From: an uncultured Gammaproteobacteria bacterium
Lineage (GTDB): Bacteria; Patescibacteriota; Patescibacteriia; Magasanikbacterales; GWA2-37-8
Reading direction: 5' to 3'
Assembly: GCA_964535515.1 (NCBI GenBank)
Contig: CAZHTA010000001.1
Coordinates: 49,707 to 113,706, forward strand
DNA: 64,000 nucleotides
Shown here: in pieces, positions 57,578 to 64,000 of the stretch
Layout of the letters: every line of letters begins with the position of its first letter
Numbering within the stretch: the first letter of the stretch is position 1
Made by a program: the position numbers and the translations under genes
Notes under the pieces: generated by a model
What the model saw: the letters and a program-made list of their open reading frames with translations, nothing else
What the model was told of the DNA's origin: nothing
The model's database searches: none

Positions 57578-59848
57578 ATGCGACGACGAATGTACCATTG
57601 TCAGCGCCGCCAAACTAGGGCGCCGCTTAATCTTAATCCGCAGATCAGCCACGGACTGTTGGCAATTTTTTTGTTTATCGTTGCTGGTTTAGCAACTCTA
57701 AGCTTTTTCTCCTTAGCTGGTGTTGCCGGTCAGTTTATCGATTCCCTACTTGCCCTACTTTTCGGACAGGTTCGATATTTCTTCCCAATTGTTTTAATAA
57801 CCTCAGCTGTTCTCTTAATTAAAGACATCGAATACAACTATCGCCACACCCATTCTTTGGGGGCAGTGCTTTTTTTCTTAAGTTTTAACGGTCTTGTTCA
57901 TTTAGGTAAACCTGTTGGTGAAATGGTAGATATTGCTTTGCAAGGATATGGTGGTGGTTTGATTGGTTTGGTTCTTGGTTGGCCACTAGGGAAATATGTT
58001 GGCTATTGGGGCGGACTCATGATTTTAATTGGCCTACTTCTTGTTGCTATCATCTTCCTTTTTAACACCTCACTCACCCGCTTAGTTGAACTACACAAAA
58101 AAGCCTTCCTCGCTTTAGGTTGGGCAGGCAAACAGTTAGTTGGGCTATTCGCCGGATTCAAAAAAACCGAAGATGTAAAGTTTAGCATCAAGGGTGATTA
58201 TCAAGCTGCTGTTGAGGAAGAAGAAGCTGAAGAGGAAGAAGAAAGATCGTTTAAACAAAAATCAATTGGTAAAGAAGCAGAGGAAGAGTCTGAAGATGAA
58301 GAGGAGGAAACCGAAGAAGAGGAAGAAGCGCCTACCTTAGGAGTACCTCGACCAGTGATAAAAGACTTACCAGACTTAGATATTCTTTACACTTCCAAAA
58401 GCAAGCCGTCAGCTGGTGATATTAAAGGCAACGCTGAAGTAATCAAAAGTACCCTAAGCAACTTTGGTATTGAAGTCGATATGGGCGAAGTGCGAGTTGG
58501 CCCAAGTGTTGCTCAGTATTCTTTTAAACCGGCTGCTGGTGTAAAGCTTACACGCATCACTACTCTCTCAAACGACTTGGCCTTGGCCTTGGCCGCTCAC
58601 CCCATTCGTATTGAAGCACCAATCCCAGGCAAATCACTCGTCGGTGTTGAAGTGCCAAACCAAAAAGTAGCCATGGTAACTTTGCGTGAATTACTAGAAG
58701 CACCTGAATTCCAAAATCGTCCACACAACATGATGATTGCATTAGGTAAAGACGTGGCGGGCAAAGTCTGGTTTGCCGATTTACCACGCATGCCCCACCT
58801 CTTGGTTGCTGGCGCAACTGGCTCTGGTAAAACTGTTTGTATTAACTCCATCATCTTAAGTTTGATTTATCAAAATACCGCTGAAACTCTACGTTTCATC
58901 ATGGTTGACCCAAAACGCGTAGAGCTAACTTTGTATAACGGCATCCCCCATCTTTTAACACCGGTCATTACTGACTCGCACAAAACTGTTAATGCCTTAC
59001 GTTGGACAATTAGTGAAATGGAGCGCCGCTTTGATGTGCTAGCCAAAGCAGGTAAACGTGACATTGGTACATACAACCTTAGCGCTGCTGAACCTCTACC
59101 ACACATTGTGTTTGTAATCGACGAACTCGCTGATTTAATGGCCACAGCTGCCTCCGAAGTCGAAGCCGGAATTATCCGTATTGCTCAGATGGCCCGTGCA
59201 GTTGGTATCCATCTAGTGGTTGCTACCCAACGCCCAAGTGTTGAGGTTATTACCGGTTTAATGAAAGCAAACATTCCTGGCCGCATCGCCTTCTCAGTCG
59301 CTTCCATTATCGACTCTCGCACTATCCTTGATTGCCCAGGAGCAGACAAACTACTCGGTCGCGGTGATATGCTTTTGTTAACCGCTGATATGTCAAAGCC
59401 AAAACGTATCCAGGGCGCCTATGTTTCCGAAGAAGAAATTGACCGCGTCGTTGAATATTTAAAAGGTGACGAACCGCCAACATATGATGAAACTGTAGTT
59501 GCTAAAGGTGGTAGTAGTAGTGGTACTGCCAGCATGTTTGGTGGACCAAGTGATGAACAAGACTCTTTATTTGATGATGCTAAAAAAACTGTAATCGAAT
59601 CAGGCAAAGCCTCTGCTTCGCTATTACAACGTCGCTTACGAGTCGGTTATGCCCGTGCCGCACGTCTCTTGGACGAATTGGAAGAAGCTGGTATAGTAGG
59701 ACCAGCGGAAGGCGCCAAACCCCGCGAGGTCTTTGTAGAACACCTACGCCAAGAAGAAGAGATTCCCGAAGAAGAACAGACAATGGATGCTGGCGGAACT
59801 GTCTTTGATGCTCCAGAAAAAAAGACCGACGAAGAAGAGAACATCTAA
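57578..59848 (+). CDS. ftsK: DNA translocase FtsK/SpoIIIE
   Basis: 4TM N-terminus, PHLLVAGATGSGKT, IDELADLM, ATQRPS, gamma domain LQRRLRVGYARAAR. Confidence 0.96.
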   Translation: MRRRMYHCQRRQTRAPLNLNPQISHGLLAIFLFIVAGLATLSFFSLAGVAGQFIDSLLALLFGQVRYFFPIVLITSAVLLIKDIEYNYRHTHSLGAVLFFLSFNGLVHLGKPVGEMVDIALQGYGGGLIGLVLGWPLGKYVGYWGGLMILIGLLLVAIIFLFNTSLTRLVELHKKAFLALGWAGKQLVGLFAGFKKTEDVKFSIKGDYQAAVEEEEAEEEEERSFKQKSIGKEAEEESEDEEEETEEEEEAPTLGVPRPVIKDLPDLDILYTSKSKPSAGDIKGNAEVIKSTLSNFGIEVDMGEVRVGPSVAQYSFKPAAGVKLTRITTLSNDLALALAAHPIRIEAPIPGKSLVGVEVPNQKVAMVTLRELLEAPEFQNRPHNMMIALGKDVAGKVWFADLPRMPHLLVAGATGSGKTVCINSIILSLIYQNTAETLRFIMVDPKRVELTLYNGIPHLLTPVITDSHKTVNALRWTISEMERRFDVLAKAGKRDIGTYNLSAAEPLPHIVFVIDELADLMATAASEVEAGIIRIAQMARAVGIHLVVATQRPSVEVITGLMKANIPGRIAFSVASIIDSRTILDCPGADKLLGRGDMLLLTADMSKPKRIQGAYVSEEEIDRVVEYLKGDEPPTYDETVVAKGGSSSGTASMFGGPSDEQDSLFDDAKKTVIESGKASASLLQRRLRVGYARAARLLDELEEAGIVGPAEGAKPREVFVEHLRQEEEIPEEEQTMDAGGTVFDAPEKKTDEEENI

Positions 59849-60510
59849 TGTCAATCTTTTGCATTAAAAAAATCACTCCTCCTGTCCATCTCGGACAGCT
59901 CTTAAAAGAAGCCCGCCTTAAAGCTGGCCTTACTTTGTTTTCCTTAGAACAAAAAACCAGAATCGCAGAAAAATATTTGCAGGCGATCGAAGAAAACAAC
60001 TACTCTATCCTACCACCTGCCCGTGCCTATCGCTTAGCTTACATTCGCGAGTTTGCTAATACTGTTAATTACAACTCTGAAAAAGCAATCTATCAATTTA
60101 TCAAAGAAAATGGATTGGGTGATATCAAAACAATCCACCCTCAAAGTGGAATTAAAAAAATGCAACTCTACTTTACCTCGTGGTTAGTCCGTAGTATTTT
60201 AATTATCGGCATCATCGTACTTTTTGTTGGCTACCTTGGCTGGCAAGTAAAAGGAATTTTAACTCCACCTGATCTCCAAGTATATTCACCAATCGAAGGT
60301 GCAATTATTAATCAAACCGAAATCGTTATCGAAGGTGTAACTGCAAAAGAAACGCACCTAACTATCAACGGACAAGAGGTACGGGTAAATGAACAGGGTA
60401 AATTTAGCACCACCTTAAATCTTTCTGTCGGGGTAAACACTCTAACCATTACCGCTACCAAAAAACACGGCAAAACCATCTCCATCGTACGTCACGTGGT
60501 GGTGAAATAA
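59848..60510 (+). CDS. RodZ-like HTH protein with TM and Ig-like C-terminal domain
   Basis: LGQLLKEAR...YLQAIEEN...AYIREFA, one TM. Confidence 0.8.
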   Translation: MSIFCIKKITPPVHLGQLLKEARLKAGLTLFSLEQKTRIAEKYLQAIEENNYSILPPARAYRLAYIREFANTVNYNSEKAIYQFIKENGLGDIKTIHPQSGIKKMQLYFTSWLVRSILIIGIIVLFVGYLGWQVKGILTPPDLQVYSPIEGAIINQTEIVIEGVTAKETHLTINGQEVRVNEQGKFSTTLNLSVGVNTLTITATKKHGKTISIVRHVVVK

Positions 60511-60590
60511 TCCACAATTTTACCCCCTTGCTCTTCAAACCATTACCCGATATAATACGGGTACTTTAATTTAAATTTTAAATTTACACT

Positions 60591-61652
60591 ATGCCTAAAG
60601 TTAGTGAGGAGGTAAAGAACAAGCTAAAAGCCGCTGAAACTGCTATTGAGCAAATCAAAGCTAAATTCGGTGAAGGCGCAATCATGACCTTTGGGGAGGG
60701 GCAAACTACGCACGTCGAATCAGTTACTACCGGTTGTCTTTCATTAGACGTTGCCTTGGGTGTAAGAGGCGTACCACGTGGCCGTATTATCGAAATCTAT
60801 GGCCCAGAATCTTCTGGTAAAACCACCCTGTCTCAACATATTATCGCTGAGGTACAAAAAACTGGTGGTATTGCCGCCTTTGTGGATGCAGAACATGCTT
60901 TTGATCCAGACTATGCTAGAAAAATTGGTATTAAGATTGAAGAGCTTCTAATCTCTCAACCTGACACCGGCGAACAGGCTTTAGATATCGTAGAAACATT
61001 AGTACGATCTAATGCCGTCGATATTATCGTCGTCGACTCAGTTGCGGCACTTGTACCAAGAGCAGAAATCGAAGGTGACATGGGAGATTCACACATGGGT
61101 TTACAAGCTCGTCTCATGAGCCAGGCACTACGTAAACTTACTGGTATTATCAGCAAGTCAAAAACCATCCTTGTTTTCATCAATCAGACTCGTATGAAGA
61201 TCGGCGTGGTCTATGGTAACCCAGAAACTACTACCGGTGGTACTGCTTTAAAATTTTACTCTTCTATCCGTATTGAAATTCGTCGCGCCGCCCAGATTAA
61301 ACAAGGCGACAAAGTGATTGGTAACCGAGTGAAGATAAAAGTAGTAAAAAACAAAGTAGCCGCACCGTTCCGCACCACTGAATTTGATATCATGTATAAT
61401 GAAGGAATTTCACTAAGTGGCGACACTCTTGATACTGGTGTGTTATTTAAAGTGATTGATAAAAAAGGTAATAGCTACAGCTTTGGTGAAGAAAAACTTG
61501 GTGTCGGACGCGAAGCTGCCAAAAGATATTTGAAAGAACACCCAGAATTAATGAAAAGAGCCTATGCCGCTGTCTTTGAAGCAGTACAAAGTGGTGAAGC
61601 ACCAGAAGAGGAAGAGGCTGAAGACGACGCACCATTGCCAACGGAAGAATAG
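60591..61652 (+). CDS. recA: Recombinase RecA
   Basis: [38 protein letters not shown]. Confidence 0.99.
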   Translation: MPKVSEEVKNKLKAAETAIEQIKAKFGEGAIMTFGEGQTTHVESVTTGCLSLDVALGVRGVPRGRIIEIYGPESSGKTTLSQHIIAEVQKTGGIAAFVDAEHAFDPDYARKIGIKIEELLISQPDTGEQALDIVETLVRSNAVDIIVVDSVAALVPRAEIEGDMGDSHMGLQARLMSQALRKLTGIISKSKTILVFINQTRMKIGVVYGNPETTTGGTALKFYSSIRIEIRRAAQIKQGDKVIGNRVKIKVVKNKVAAPFRTTEFDIMYNEGISLSGDTLDTGVLFKVIDKKGNSYSFGEEKLGVGREAAKRYLKEHPELMKRAYAAVFEAVQSGEAPEEEEAEDDAPLPTEE

Positions 61653-61915
61653 ACTAAATCTAAAAACAAAAACACTTCCCGATTTGGGGAGTGTTTTTTT
61701 GTTTCTTTGCCTAGCGAAACTGATTGTATTTATTGGGTAAAGCACACACATCATTGACAAAACCGCTATTTTATGCTATTATATCCTGTTCTTTAAAAAC
61801 TATATCCCTTTTGGCAAAAGACGTAAATTATAAAATATTTACTTTTTCTACCAGAAGGGACAACGTACCAATCGCCAGTGGCGAGTATGGCGTGCCCCTT
61901 GAATTGAGGACTAAA

Positions 61916-62293
61916 ATGAGGAAAATCGCATTGGTTCTGGTTGCGGCCCTGTTCGTTCTGTCGACCGGTATCGGCATCTGGGACTGCTGGAGCAACACCA
62001 ACGGCGACGGATGGAACCCGTCGACCCCGGTCATCTCATTCGTGCTCGGCTACAGCCGGGTCGAACCCTGCACCTATTTGGGGCAGGAGGACGGGTGGGA
62101 CTGCACGACCTTTGACGGGGCCATCAACCCTCTCCCCTGGGCGTGGGTGGATGAGCCAAAAAAAGACGACATCCTGCACACGATCATCGTGATGACCCCC
62201 AAGTGGCTCGAATGGCTGGGGCTCCTGTTCGCGACGATCGCCCTGGCTGCTCCGCCGCCGCGCACAACCACGCTCAATCGTGGCAACATCTGA
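61916..62293 (+). CDS. GC-rich hypothetical exported/membrane protein (125 aa)
   Basis: GAGG RBS, signal peptide MRKIALVLVAALF, C-terminal TM. Confidence 0.65.
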   Translation: MRKIALVLVAALFVLSTGIGIWDCWSNTNGDGWNPSTPVISFVLGYSRVEPCTYLGQEDGWDCTTFDGAINPLPWAWVDEPKKDDILHTIIVMTPKWLEWLGLLFATIALAAPPPRTTTLNRGNI

Positions 62294-62553
62294 GACCTCA
62301 CGGGTTCGGTAGCGCAATTCTTGCGCAAACACGAACCTGTGAATTCACACAGTTCTTAACACCGACCCTCCATAGCAGAAAAAAATTTTCTTCTGTGGAG
62401 GTGTTAGGAATATTACTTAAAAAGAAACGCATTTTGCGTTTCTTTTTGTGTTCATTTAAATAGTAAACCTAACCTAGACAAAAACACTTCTAAATTTGGG
62501 GAGTATTTTTCTAATTTTACAATCGATAAACAATCACAGGACTTACAATGCTC

Positions 62554-62670
62554 TTATGAACCGACCAGTCTGACCAACCCAAGATTAGCATCTACAAAAA
62601 CTACATCTCCAATCTTTAAAATCCTCGTGACATTTTGTCCTAATCACACAAGGTTTAGAATGTTTTTCAT
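62554..62670 (-). pseudogene. Remnant of a PEP-utilising mobile-domain gene
   Basis: KPCVIRTK then frameshifted NVTRILKIGDVVFVDANLGLVRLV*, paralogous to the C-terminus of the adjacent gene (PCVIGTKNATQIIGDGDLIEVDASVGIVKII). Confidence 0.7.
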
Positions 62671-62679
62671 ATTTAATTA

Positions 62680-64000
62680 TTATTTTTTAGCTTTCTGAAT
62701 AATCTTTACAATTCCAACGCTAGCATCAACTTCAATCAAATCCCCGTCTCCTATTATTTGTGTAGCATTTTTTGTGCCAATTACACACGGAACACCAAGT
62801 TCTCGTGACACAACAGCGGCATGACATGAGAGGCCGCCCTCATCGGTAACAATCGCACCAGCCCTTTTCATCCCCACAATAAAATCCGGCGTTGTCATGC
62901 TTGTAATCAATATTTCTCCATGTTTCAATTTTGTAATTTCCGATATTTTATTAATAACCCGGGCTTTACCAACAACATAACCGAGTGAAGCAGGGAAACC
63001 ATTAATTTGCCTAGTGTTAGTGTTCGCTTTATTAAAAGAATTCTCTATCTCACATACCAACTTTTTGGCAAACACCCCTGTTAACATCAAAATTTTTCCA
63101 TTTAACACCCCAATTATAAAACCTCTCTTTCTATCTTCTATCTCTTTCTTAGAAATATCTAATTTGCCATTTTTTAATGATTCAACAATTTCTTCATGGG
63201 TAAGACGCAAAAAATTATCACGACTTACTCCAAATTGTTTTGCCAAAAAAGGAAGAAACTTTTCATATGATTGCCACAACTGTTGCATCGACTCTTTGGT
63301 GTGATTTCTTAAATATATCCCTACTTGTAAAGCAACCACGATATGCTTAAGTGGGTGTTTAACAATTTTTGTTCTTACATTTACTGGTTGTTTTAACGTC
63401 AGCTCTTGTTTTAGTTCTTCTTTAGTATATGGTTCTGTTATATTATAACAATTTTTAATCCAAACAAATTTTATTAAATGTTCCTCCTCTAAATTTTTTA
63501 TTTTATTTTTTGTTTGTGCTTTTTTTATTTCAACCAAGGATTGAGTTACGAGATCTAAATCAAGCGCTCTATAAGGTACAGCATATTTTAACAAGGTCTT
63601 ATCTTTATTTTCGATAACTTTTTCACAATAATTAGTGAGCGGGACAGCAATAGCATAATATCTTGAATATTTTTTTTGAAGTTGAAAATATTTACTTATA
63701 CAGGCAATGCGTTCTTCGTTTGTTAAATTAGTCCATTTTTGTTGATTAACAATCTTAATAAATTTATTTTTTTGCTTGGACAAAGAATTAATTTCCGACA
63801 TTTTTTTTAACACCCAATTTTTTTCTTCAGCAAAAGCTGCGGGAATAATTTTATTCATTACTTTTTCTGTAGTTTTTGAATCAAACAAATTCAAATCATT
63901 TGCCCAGACAATATTTTTGTATGACACGCTTTGATTTTTAGTTAAAATAAATTTTTGGCAAACACCATCGGCAACCATCTGTTTAGACTGCAAAAAACCA
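62680..64000 (-). CDS. PEP-utilising enzyme mobile (phosphohistidine swivel) domain protein; 5' end outside the window
   Basis: GFPASLG, MTTPDF, TDEGGLSCHAAVVSRELGVPCVIGT; frame open to the window edge. Confidence 0.85.
   Translation of the reverse strand, partial: GFLQSKQMVADGVCQKFILTKNQSVSYKNIVWANDLNLFDSKTTEKVMNKIIPAAFAEEKNWVLKKMSEINSLSKQKNKFIKIVNQQKWTNLTNEERIACISKYFQLQKKYSRYYAIAVPLTNYCEKVIENKDKTLLKYAVPYRALDLDLVTQSLVEIKKAQTKNKIKNLEEEHLIKFVWIKNCYNITEPYTKEELKQELTLKQPVNVRTKIVKHPLKHIVVALQVGIYLRNHTKESMQQLWQSYEKFLPFLAKQFGVSRDNFLRLTHEEIVESLKNGKLDISKKEIEDRKRGFIIGVLNGKILMLTGVFAKKLVCEIENSFNKANTNTRQINGFPASLGYVVGKARVINKISEITKLKHGEILITSMTTPDFIVGMKRAGAIVTDEGGLSCHAAVVSRELGVPCVIGTKNATQIIGDGDLIEVDASVGIVKIIQKAKK

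Noticed and set aside
58210-58330. GAA/GAG low-complexity tract as a repeat element
   Set aside because: Encodes the acidic FtsK linker
1-64000. CRISPR array, rRNA, transposase, integrase, reverse transcriptase
   Set aside because: No regularly spaced repeats or recognisable motifs (e.g. RT YxDD context, DDE or tyrosine recombinase) found by eye in the sequence or the ORF track

Overview
AT-rich bacterial chromosome window. Gene content and style suggest a Patescibacteria/CPR (Parcubacteria/ABY1-like) genome; this is inferred, not proven. Housekeeping content: rpoB-rpoC, class II ribonucleotide reductase nrdJ, a PduO-type cobalamin adenosyltransferase, a guaB-family gene, ruvB, mgtA, rpsO-NYN-pnp, galU, ftsK-rodZ-like-recA, six tRNA genes, a HigBA-like toxin-antitoxin pair, three type IV pilin-like genes and nine TrbC/VirB2-like pilin paralogues. 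Several GC-rich single-gene islets are interspersed. Two systems stand out. (1) At 36060-38310 a two-gene unit encodes a phosphoserine-phosphatase-like HAD enzyme and an unannotated ParB/Srx-fold protein resembling the SerK/SbnI free amino-acid kinases. It carries two tandem threonine-codon attenuators: a free leader peptide MKNISTTTTTVQLSL, and a second Thr-rich tract built into the phosphatase C-terminus. (2) At 1187-2832 a compact diversity-generating retroelement cassette has a target gene, VR and TR with 16 adenine-specific substitutions. It has no local reverse transcriptase or intact avd and sits between 161-bp direct repeats. Also noted: a ~170-nt rod-like RNA candidate, several unannotated microproteins, and a CDS starting 2 nt after a tRNA. 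All assignments come from reading the sequence by eye; no database searches were run.
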